This document shows positions 52,581 to 60,514 of a stretch of DNA of 64,000 nt, in pieces. The notes below the pieces were generated by a model. It searched no databases and was not told the DNA's origin. It was given only the letters and a program-made list of their open reading frames with translations. Every line of letters begins with the position of its first letter. Position 1 is the stretch's first letter. A program made the position numbers and the translations under genes. The DNA lies in NCBI GenBank assembly GCA_965215605.1, contig OZ244070.1, forward strand, positions 1,152,001 through 1,216,000, written 5' to 3'. Source of the stretch: an uncultured Candidatus Binatia bacterium. Lineage in GTDB: Bacteria; Desulfobacterota; Binatia; UBA9968; JAJDTQ01.

Positions 52581-54140
52581 TCACAACTGTCTCCAGGCAC
52601 CGATCTGTTCTCGCAGTTCCATCATGAACTCATCAACTCTTTCGTCTTCCGCTTCCTTCTGTCCGACGATCCGGGCCACATCCGGCAAAGTCCTGTTCAG
52701 CCTGGCGGCAAACGCTCCTAAAGCTGACTTGGCCTCATCCCGACCGTGTACGGCGCCCCCCGCCAGTTGGGCAAACTCTTGCATGGTTCGTTCGATATCC
52801 GATACGGAGAGACCGAGTCTGGTCGCATATTCGTCGGGCCGACTCTGGAGAGCCTCCCATATCCACGGCTCGGGTGGAGTTTCTCCTGGGAGAAACAAGG
52901 GCAGCACCCTGTGTCCGAACTGTTCTGCAATCGCTTGGAGATGACCCTTATGGTCACGGGAGTCTCCATCCAGCACAAAAATAAAGTCCTTGAGCTTACC
53001 AAACTTACCGAGAGTACGGATATGGCTGGAGAACTCATCCCTTCCTGTGTTTCTGCCAATCACGACATCTTCATGACGCAAGCCCATCTCGACGTTGAGC
53101 ACGTCTAGCACCCCTCGAATCAATCCCTCTGCAACTTCGTCTTCGCACAAGACAGAAAGCTGGTCGCGAGACTGCCCGTAAAGTGCCTTTTGGAAAATAT
53201 CCCTGTATAGGGGCATTCGAACGACATCACCTGTAATCTCCTCCCGATCGAGAAAAATCCGCGCCTCCGGTGGGACAGCGTCGAGAACTACCGGGCTGTG
53301 TGACGCGACAATGATCTGCAGACCTCTTCGCAATGCGCTGCGTTGCAATTCCAGCATCGCCTGTTGCTGTGTGTAGGGGTGAAGCCCGGTATCGACCTCG
53401 TCAATCAGCACCAACGCATTCTCAAGGTGAGAGATATCCTTTGAAATCCGCAATATAGTCCGTTCTCCGGAAGACATATGAAACTCGGAGTAACTCGTCT
53501 CGTTAACACCACCAATCTCGGCAAAAAGCAGGTCGTTGGCAGACTTTGCGCTGATTACCGAAAGGTTGCGGTATCGCCAAGGGAGTATCCTGTGGGCGAA
53601 GATCAGAAGATTCGGCTCGACAGTCTCTGTGTGAAACTGCTTGCGGCCAAGCTGGAGGACGCTACGGACCTCAGACGGATTGGTAAGATTGGCGAGGGTG
53701 CGGAGATAGACACCTCTTTGCGGCTGGCTTCCTCCTTTTCGCCCCATGTAGCTGCGGCTCCATGACTTTCCGCGCCGCCACACCATAGAGAGACGCTCAC
53801 CGCCGTGGAGGTAGTGGAACTCCAGTTCAGTCTCGTCGAGAGCGTCGGACAGAGTGCCTTGCTGGCTAGCAGTAAAATTGGGAAACAAGCTGCTGGGAGC
53901 CAACTCTTTCGGGTTACGGTTCGGATCTCGATAGGCGCACGCGCAGGCCAAAAGCACTGTCGACTTGCCACAACCGTTTGGACCTGCCAACACTGAGACC
54001 GGGTACTCAATGGGCACTCGAAGATCTTGAATGCCTCTCAATCGCTTGACACGAACTTCTGACAGGCTATCGTCGCGGCTACGGTTGTTGGCCCTAAGTG
54101 CGTCCCATACCTCTCTTAGCTCGTTGGCGATTAACGACAT
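52581..54140 (-). CDS. ABC-type ATPase fused to a TOPRIM domain (OLD-like candidate defence nuclease)
   Basis: Walker A GPNGCGKS, signature MSSGE, Walker B LIDEVDTGLHP, SHS; C-terminal CED...G-x2-G...LDGD; visibly lower GC than neighbours. Confidence 0.8.
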   Translation of the reverse strand: MSLIANELREVWDALRANNRSRDDSLSEVRVKRLRGIQDLRVPIEYPVSVLAGPNGCGKSTVLLACACAYRDPNRNPKELAPSSLFPNFTASQQGTLSDALDETELEFHYLHGGERLSMVWRRGKSWSRSYMGRKGGSQPQRGVYLRTLANLTNPSEVRSVLQLGRKQFHTETVEPNLLIFAHRILPWRYRNLSVISAKSANDLLFAEIGGVNETSYSEFHMSSGERTILRISKDISHLENALVLIDEVDTGLHPYTQQQAMLELQRSALRRGLQIIVASHSPVVLDAVPPEARIFLDREEITGDVVRMPLYRDIFQKALYGQSRDQLSVLCEDEVAEGLIRGVLDVLNVEMGLRHEDVVIGRNTGRDEFSSHIRTLGKFGKLKDFIFVLDGDSRDHKGHLQAIAEQFGHRVLPLFLPGETPPEPWIWEALQSRPDEYATRLGLSVSDIERTMQEFAQLAGGAVHGRDEAKSALGAFAARLNRTLPDVARIVGQKEAEDERVDEFMMELREQIGAWRQL

Positions 54141-54402
54141 TTCATGCCTCGCGTAGAAAAAGTTGCACCGCCCCCAATACCCGACTACGAGCGGCGCTTC
54201 CAAAATTGGAACCATGCTCTGGATCGTTGATGATTAAGGAAGCTTCCCAACAACTCCTTTGTATCAGGCTACGCCGCCAGCGAGTGGCCGTCAAACATCT
54301 TCAGACGGATGCGTGCGTTCCGATCCGGGCGGAATAGAGTCAGCAGGAAACCTCATCTCCCGCAAACTCGTATTAAGCCTGCGGAACGTGTCGCCTGACT
54401 GT

Positions 54403-55266
54403 TTAGCTGAACAGCACCTTGGCCATCTCAGACCGGAACCGGTCGGCCAACTCGCTGCGCCCCAGCACCTCGAAGATCTGCACCATGGCCTTGCGGGCGC
54501 CGTCGTCCTTGAAGGCGCGGTCCTGCTTCAGCACCGCCAGGAACTCCTCGAGGGCGGCCTCGTAGCGCTCTTCCGCCGCCAGCGCCTGCGCCAGCCGGAA
54601 ACGCGCGTCGATGCGGTCCGGGGCCGACTCGAGCTCCCGCCGCAGCGACTCCACGTCGGCGCCGTCGCCTTCGCTCAGCTTGTGTCGGGCCATCAGCCGG
54701 TCGGCCTCGTTGCGTTCCGGCCCGCCGAGAGGGACCCTCTCCAGAAAGGACAGTGCGCGCTCCGCTTCCGTATCCAGCAGCCCCCGCCCCAGTCCCAGGA
54801 GCGCCCCCGGGTGGTGCGGCGATTCCTCCACGACCTGCCCGTAGATCTCCAAGGCCTTCTCGGCCTCGCCCGCGTACCACAACCGGTCCGCCTCGACCAC
54901 CAGCTCGTCCTCGCGCGAGGGCACGACCTGGGCGAGCGCCTCGCGCACGGCGGGTTCGGGAAGCGCGCCGGTGAATTCCGTGGCCAAGGCGCCGTCCTTG
55001 AAGACCTTGACCGCCGGGATCCCCTGGATGCCGAAGCCAGCCGCCAGTTCCTGGTTCTCGTCCACGTTGACCTTGGCCAGCAGCAGCTTGCCGCCGTACT
55101 CCTCCGTCACCCGTTCCAGCACCGGCCCCAGCACCCGGCACGGTCCGCACCAAGGCGCCCAGAAGTCCACCACCACCGGCGTTTCCCTGGAGCGCTCCAG
55201 CACCCGCGCCTCGAACTCGGCCTGGTCGACGTCGAAGACCAGCGATTCCACTTCTCCAGCGCTCAC
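54403..55266 (-). CDS. thioredoxin-TPR chaperedoxin (CnoX/YbbN-like)
   Basis: [18 protein letters not shown] helices, C-terminal R-x5-LFS; GTG start inferred. Confidence 0.9.
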   Translation of the reverse strand: MSAGEVESLVFDVDQAEFEARVLERSRETPVVVDFWAPWCGPCRVLGPVLERVTEEYGGKLLLAKVNVDENQELAAGFGIQGIPAVKVFKDGALATEFTGALPEPAVREALAQVVPSREDELVVEADRLWYAGEAEKALEIYGQVVEESPHHPGALLGLGRGLLDTEAERALSFLERVPLGGPERNEADRLMARHKLSEGDGADVESLRRELESAPDRIDARFRLAQALAAEERYEAALEEFLAVLKQDRAFKDDGARKAMVQIFEVLGRSELADRFRSEMAKVLFS

Positions 55267-55271
55267 CGCGT

Positions 55272-55763
55272 CTATCCCTCTTTCCGGCTCGTGTCGAAGT
55301 CGGCGCCGTTGAGCGTCACCCGGGTCTCCACCGGCGTCGGCTTCATGACCGTCTGCATGATGTAGCAACCCTGTTCCGAGTTGCGGATCACCGCGGCCAC
55401 GCGTTCCGGCGGCTCGTCGGACTCCACGTCAAGCTTGGTCTCGACGCCGACCCCCTCGGCCTGCACCGTCTCCCGCAACACCGAGCCTTCGTTCCTGAAG
55501 CGCGCGGTCACGTGCACGCGCGCCTTGTCGATCTTCACCTTCATCATTTCCCCGTACCGGGAAAGCTGGGTGAGCAGTCAGAATCCGATGGAAAGCGCGA
55601 AATACGCCATGGGCGGCGGCGCCGTGTTGTCGCCGCCGATGCGCCCGCCCTCGTCGCACATCACCGTGAAGCCGCGGGCCTCGCCACGCTTCTGCTGCCG
55701 CTCCAGCATCTCGGCGTCGGCCTCCATCACGACTTCGCGTTTGACGATCATGTCGTCTGCCAT
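55272..55763 (-). CDS. OsmC-like protein with in-frame UGA (probable selenocysteine at codon 62), 163 aa
   Basis: Track ORFs 55578-55763 and 55272-55547 are in the same frame, joined by TGA-CTG-CTC-ACC-CAG (GF-U-LLTQ); second Cys in GCY; RBS GGAGG. Confidence 0.8.
55548..55564 (-). promoter_or_regulatory. bacterial SECIS-like hairpin
   Basis: UUUCCCG-GUA-CGGGGAA, G-starting loop about 20 nt 3' of the UGA. Confidence 0.65.
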
Positions 55764-55793
55764 ATATCAACCTCCAGGATGTTTGTGACGCGA

Positions 55794-55822
55794 AGGGTAG
55801 CCCATCGACCCGACACCGTCAA
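55794..55822 (-). promoter_or_regulatory. sigma70-like promoter of the OsmC-like/cnoX pair
   Basis: TTGACG-17-TACCCT on the minus strand. Confidence 0.5.
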
Positions 55823-55837
55823 TTTGCGCAGGTCTCC

Positions 55838-56335
55838 ATGGCCAAACGACACCCTTCTCTGATACCGCTGTCCCACGACCACCACCGCGGCCTGGCGCTG
55901 GCGCTGCGCTGCCGCAAGCACGCTCTGGGGCAGCTCAACCCCGGCGACCCCGCGGCCCTCGAAGCGTGCGCGGCGGAAGTTTCGCGCTTCTTCAACCGGA
56001 ACCTGACGCCGCACTTCGAGGCCGAAGAGACGGCCCTCTTTCCGCTGATGGCGGCCTACGAGGAATGCCGGGAGCTGGTGGAGCAACTCGAACGCGAGCA
56101 CCGGGAATTCCGCGGGCTGGCGGCCCGGATGGGGGAGCCCGGAGGACTGCGGAAGTCGCTGTTCGACTTCGGAGACCTCCTGGAGCAGCACATCCGGAGC
56201 GAGGAGCGCAGGCTCTTCGCCGCCTTCGAGATGCGCGTGCCGGCGCCCGACGCCGAGCGCGCCGGCCGGGAAATCAAGCGGCTGCTGGAGCTGGATCGCA
56301 CCGCCAGTTCCGGCGCCGGAACCGTCACGCCATGA
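55838..56335 (+). CDS. hemerythrin (HHE) domain protein
   Basis: SHDH, HFEAEE, EH, HIRSEE. Confidence 0.88.
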   Translation: MAKRHPSLIPLSHDHHRGLALALRCRKHALGQLNPGDPAALEACAAEVSRFFNRNLTPHFEAEETALFPLMAAYEECRELVEQLEREHREFRGLAARMGEPGGLRKSLFDFGDLLEQHIRSEERRLFAAFEMRVPAPDAERAGREIKRLLELDRTASSGAGTVTP

Positions 56336-56541
56336 ACACCAAAACCGCCATCATCTCCATCGAAGACCTGGCCGACACCGCCGTACCGGAGCTGACCGAA
56401 GCATTCAACAGCTCTCCCGGCGTCACCGAGGTGGATTTCTCAGTGGAGCGAAAGGTCGCCGTCATCGAGTTCGACCCCGAGGTCACCAGCGTCGACGCAC
56501 TGATGCGGGTGGTGCTGGGCAAGGGGTACAAGGTGCTGTGA
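56332..56541 (+). CDS. HMA-like domain protein lacking CxxC
   Basis: PGV-x2-V, A-x-IEFDP, GY; ATGA overlap with the hemerythrin stop; no Cys. Confidence 0.7.
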   Translation: MNTKTAIISIEDLADTAVPELTEAFNSSPGVTEVDFSVERKVAVIEFDPEVTSVDALMRVVLGKGYKVL

Positions 56542-56553
56542 GCGTGTCCGTCC

Positions 56554-57747
56554 TCACCCCAGGAACCACGGCAACACCCGGAACCCCTTGAAGTCGAAGC
56601 TCTCCTCGCCGCCGTGGACCAGGACGCCCCCACGGTTCGGATTGGAGGGGATCGCCGTCCACCAGACGAGGGTGTCGACGGCGTCGGCGGCCACGGTCCG
56701 GCCAGACTTCACCTCCATCGGGACGAGCCGTCCGCCGGCGTCGATCAGGATGTCGATCTCGTGGCCGGTGGCGTCTCTCCAGAAGTAGAGGGGCGGGTCC
56801 CGGCGCATGGCGGCGAAGCTCTTGACCAACTCCGAGACCACGAACGATTCGAACACGGCGCCGCGCAGGGGGTGGCGCTCCAGCGTAGCGGCGTCGCGGA
56901 TGTCGAGCAGATAGCAGACGAGCCCGGTGTCGAGGAAATGGAGCCGCGGGCGCTTGCGCAGCCGCTTGCGATAGTTCGCGTGGTGAGGCGGGAGCGTGGT
57001 GGCCAGATATCCGATTTCCAGGGCCGTGAGCCAGCGTCTGGCGGTCTGCTGCGTGATGCCGACGTCACCGGCCAGCGAAACCAGGTTGAGTTCCTGCGCC
57101 GTGTGGGCAGCCGCCAGCCGGACAAAGCGTTCGAAGCTCCTGGCGTCCGAGATCTGCATGACTTCGCGCACGTCGCGTTCCACGTAGGTGCGAAAATAGT
57201 CGGCCAGCCATTCGCTCGCGGGAATGCCGCGGTCGTGAATGCGCGGATAAAAGCCTTCGACCAGCGTGTTCCAGAGGCCCTTGTCCGGTGGACGGCCCGC
57301 GGCTCCGGCAGGAGTACCAAGATTCAGCGGGTCAACCGGGTCGTTCTCCGACAACTCCGCAAGCGAAAGCGGGTACAAACGGAGAAACGCCGTGCGCCCC
57401 GCCAGCGTCTGAGACACGGATTCCATCAGCAGCAGGTTCTGGGACCCGGTGAGAACGAAACGACCGGGCCGGGGGTCGGCATCCACCAGCCCCTGAATGT
57501 AGGAAAGCAACTCGGGCGCGCGCTGGATCTCGTCCAGGATCAGACGGCCGCCCTGGGCCAGGAACCCGCGCGGGTCTTCAATGGCCCTGGCGCGAACGTC
57601 CGGCGCCTCGAGCGACACGTAGCGATGATCGGCAAAGAGCGCCTGAACCAGCGTCGTCTTCCCGGACTGCCTGGGACCCGTGAGTGTCACCACAGGATAA
57701 GACGCGGCAGCGGCCTTCAGGGCCTCGGTCAAATGGCGGCGCAACAT
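56554..57747 (-). CDS. AAA_14 ATPase with wHTH and DUF4143/PD-(D/E)xK C-terminus (paralog 2)
   Basis: GPRQSGKT, LDEIQ, TGSQN, LAGR, FLDTG, FWRD...EID...EVKS. Confidence 0.9.
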   Translation of the reverse strand: MLRRHLTEALKAAAASYPVVTLTGPRQSGKTTLVQALFADHRYVSLEAPDVRARAIEDPRGFLAQGGRLILDEIQRAPELLSYIQGLVDADPRPGRFVLTGSQNLLLMESVSQTLAGRTAFLRLYPLSLAELSENDPVDPLNLGTPAGAAGRPPDKGLWNTLVEGFYPRIHDRGIPASEWLADYFRTYVERDVREVMQISDARSFERFVRLAAAHTAQELNLVSLAGDVGITQQTARRWLTALEIGYLATTLPPHHANYRKRLRKRPRLHFLDTGLVCYLLDIRDAATLERHPLRGAVFESFVVSELVKSFAAMRRDPPLYFWRDATGHEIDILIDAGGRLVPMEVKSGRTVAADAVDTLVWWTAIPSNPNRGGVLVHGGEESFDFKGFRVLPWFLG

Positions 57748-57771
57748 TCCGTCAATTTGCCAAGGTTGCCC

Positions 57772-57814
57772 TATCGTGTCAATTCGATGATCGGATCATC
57801 AAACTGACACGATA
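57772..57814. repeat. 43-bp TA-bounded palindrome; left arm supplies TTGACA for paralog 2
   Basis: Arms TATCGTGTCA(A/G)TT(C/T)GATGATC; minus strand TTGACA-17-CAAATT-6-ATG. Confidence 0.65.
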
Positions 57815-57870
57815 CCCGGATCCGAAATGAAGCACCTGTATGCGAGCCGTCTTTCGCCTGGCGGCAGAGC

Positions 57871-59022
57871 TTATGCGCCGTTGGCGAGAATCTCTTGGAG
57901 ATTTCCCAACGCATGTTCGATGGGCAGGACGGTGACCTCATCCGTATAGAGCGGACTCGGTCCGCCGAAGAAGACCAAACACCTGGCCGGAGGATAGTCT
58001 TTCTTGAATTCCCGGAGCGCCCTGGTGTCCTTGCGTTGGATTTGAGTCGAGCGCTTGATTTCGATGGCCAGCAGGCCGCGCGGCCCGTAGAGGACGAAAT
58101 CGACTTCCAGATCGTTTCGGGTACGCCAAAAGAAAATCTGGTAGCCGTAGTCGTGGTAGTCGTTCACGGCCCGCAACTCCTGAAGCACCAGGGTCTCCAG
58201 GGCAGGTCCGTCCAGATCGGCGCCGGAGTCCAGGGGTCCGGCCGGCCGGATGGCCCGGAACACGCCTGCATCGAAGAAATAGAACTTCTTCTGGGAGATG
58301 AGCTTCCGCTTGGCCTTGCGGGAGAAAACCGGCAGGCGCACGGCGATCAGGAGGTCTTCAAGGATGGAGAAATAGTTCTCCGCGACGGAGCGGTCGATGT
58401 GCGCCTCCCGGGCAACCGCGCTGATGTTGACGGTAGTTCCCTGGGAAAAGCTCGCCACCTCCAGAAAATGCGAGAAATGGCCGATGTTGCGCGTCAGGCT
58501 CTCCTGCATGACCTCTTCTCGCAGGTATGTCTGCACGTAGTCCTTGAGGTACTTCGCCGGATCGGTTTCGCTGAATCGGGCGGGCAGATGGCCTAGTTGC
58601 ATGGAGTCGCGCAGGTTGAAGGCACCCCGCTGTTCCACCACCGTCAGCGGGTGCATGCGATAGGTCAAGGCGCGGCCGGCCAGCAGATTCACGCCTTTCC
58701 GCCTCAATGTCCTGGCGCTGGATCCGGTCAGGACGAAGCACAGCCCGCGGGCTTCTATCAGGTCATGGACTTCGTTGAGCAACGCGGGTATACGCTGCAC
58801 CTCATCGATGACCGTCCAGCCGGCGTGGTCCGGGGGAATGAATTGCCTGAGGTGCCCGGGATTGGCGGACAAGCGATTGTAGTACTCGGACTGAAGCAGG
58901 TTGACGAAAAGCGCGTCGGGGAGCCGGTACTTCAACCATGTGGTCTTGCCCGTGCCCCTCGGGCCGAAGAGGAAAAAACTCTTGCGGGATTCCAGGGGTC
59001 TCTCGATAAGTCGCTCGAACAC
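57871..59022 (-). CDS. AAA_14 ATPase with wHTH and DUF4143/PD-(D/E)xK C-terminus (paralog 3)
   Basis: GPRGTGKT, IDEVQ, TGSS, LAGR, KFYFFDAG, FWRT...EVDF...IEIK. Confidence 0.9.
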   Translation of the reverse strand: MFERLIERPLESRKSFFLFGPRGTGKTTWLKYRLPDALFVNLLQSEYYNRLSANPGHLRQFIPPDHAGWTVIDEVQRIPALLNEVHDLIEARGLCFVLTGSSARTLRRKGVNLLAGRALTYRMHPLTVVEQRGAFNLRDSMQLGHLPARFSETDPAKYLKDYVQTYLREEVMQESLTRNIGHFSHFLEVASFSQGTTVNISAVAREAHIDRSVAENYFSILEDLLIAVRLPVFSRKAKRKLISQKKFYFFDAGVFRAIRPAGPLDSGADLDGPALETLVLQELRAVNDYHDYGYQIFFWRTRNDLEVDFVLYGPRGLLAIEIKRSTQIQRKDTRALREFKKDYPPARCLVFFGGPSPLYTDEVTVLPIEHALGNLQEILANGA

Positions 59023-59086
59023 CAGTCATCCAATTCCAAAGTGTTTGAGCCATTGTAGATCAATATGACGCAAAAATGCAGTCGAA

Positions 59087-59115
59087 AACTGAAATAGTGC
59101 AGCTATTTTTCAGTT
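59087..59115. promoter_or_regulatory. AT-rich inverted repeat upstream of paralog 3
   Basis: AACTGAAA-N13-TTTCAGTT. Confidence 0.5.
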
Positions 59116-59154
59116 ATCAACCGCAAAATAACGCCATTTAAGGACTTCACCGAC

Positions 59155-60510
59155 CTACTCCCCCGCCACCGTCATGCGCGAGATCTTGACCGTGGGGGCC
59201 GCCACCGGGCTCTGCGCGCGGAGGTCGTTGCCGACCATCTCGACCTGGTTCAGCATGTCGTTGAGGTTTCCCGCGATGGTGAGCTCGGATACGGGGTAGG
59301 CCAGCTCGCCCTTCTCGATCCAAAGGCCGGCGGCGCCCCTTGAATAGTCGCCGGTCACGAGGTTGACGCCGAAGCCCATAAGCTCGGTGACGTAGAAGCC
59401 GTCCTCCACCGAGCCGATGATATCCTCAAGGCCGTGCTCGCCGGGGGTAAGGTAGAGGTTCATGGGCGAAACCCCCGAGGCTTGGCCCGCGCCGCGGCTC
59501 GCGTTCCCGGTGGACTTGCCGCCCAGCTTCCGGGCGCTGTAGGCGTCCAGCAGGTAGTTCCTCAGGAAGCCTTCATCCACCACGTGCTTCCGCCGGACGC
59601 CGACCCCCTCGCCGTCGAACGGCCGCGACCCCAGGGCCCGTGGAATCGTGCCGTCATCGACGATCCGGACAAGCCCGGAACCCACCTGCTCCCCCAGCCG
59701 GTCGCACAGGAAGGACGCGCGCTGATAGAGGGCGTAGCCGGAGACCGCCTGGCCCACGTGCCGCACCAGGGTGCCCGCCACGGCCGCGTCGAACACCACC
59801 GGCACCTCGCGGGTCCGCACCTTGCGGGCGCCCAGCCGCCGGATCACCCGACGGCCTGCCTCGCGGCCCACCGCTTCCGGAGAATCCAGGCCGTCGCGGC
59901 GGCGCGCCGCCGAGGACCAATGGTCCCGCTCCATGGAGCCGTTGGACGCGGCCACCGGGGACGCCGACAGGTGGAAGGCGGAGGCGGCGTACTCGCCGGC
60001 GAAGCCCTCCGAGTTGGCGTGGATGATCCGGTTGAAAGAGCTGTGGAACTCCGCGCCCTCCGAGTTGGTGATCCGGGCGTCGTACCGCAGCGCGTGCTCC
60101 TCGGCCTCCCGGGCGGCCTCGATGCCGCGCTCCACCGGCATGTCCCGCGCCTCCTCGTCCAGCAGGTCCAGGTCCGGCACCTCGGCGGCCAGCTCGCCGG
60201 CCTCCGGCAGGCCGCCGAACTCGTCCTTGGCCGTAACCCGGGCCATGGCGCAGGTCTCTTCCAGCAGCCGGTCCAGGGAGGCGCGAGAGAGGTCGGAGGT
60301 GGAAGTGGCGGCGGAGCTGCGGCCGAAAAAAAGCCGCAGGCCGAGCCCGGTTTCGCGGGCCTGGCTCACGGTCTCCACCTTCCCGAGCCGCACCCTTACC
60401 CGCACGCCCTCGCGCTCCGCCAACGTCACGTCGCCCTGGGAGGCGCCCTTCTCCTTGGCCCGGGCCAGCAGCCCGGCCGCCAGCTCCCGATTCACCGGCA
60501 AACGTTCCAT
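59155..60510 (-). CDS. pmbA: metalloprotease PmbA/TldE
   Basis: FDGEG, TGNA, VTGDYSRGAAG, TIAGNL; follows tldD. Confidence 0.92.
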   Translation of the reverse strand: MERLPVNRELAAGLLARAKEKGASQGDVTLAEREGVRVRVRLGKVETVSQARETGLGLRLFFGRSSAATSTSDLSRASLDRLLEETCAMARVTAKDEFGGLPEAGELAAEVPDLDLLDEEARDMPVERGIEAAREAEEHALRYDARITNSEGAEFHSSFNRIIHANSEGFAGEYAASAFHLSASPVAASNGSMERDHWSSAARRRDGLDSPEAVGREAGRRVIRRLGARKVRTREVPVVFDAAVAGTLVRHVGQAVSGYALYQRASFLCDRLGEQVGSGLVRIVDDGTIPRALGSRPFDGEGVGVRRKHVVDEGFLRNYLLDAYSARKLGGKSTGNASRGAGQASGVSPMNLYLTPGEHGLEDIIGSVEDGFYVTELMGFGVNLVTGDYSRGAAGLWIEKGELAYPVSELTIAGNLNDMLNQVEMVGNDLRAQSPVAAPTVKISRMTVAGE

Positions 60511-60514
60511 CGTC

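Noticed and set aside
55272-55763. Pseudogene interpretation of the split OsmC-like gene
   Set aside because: The only lesion is a TGA at the expected Cys position, followed by a SECIS-like hairpin, with intact promoter and RBS; recoding is more parsimonious though unproven
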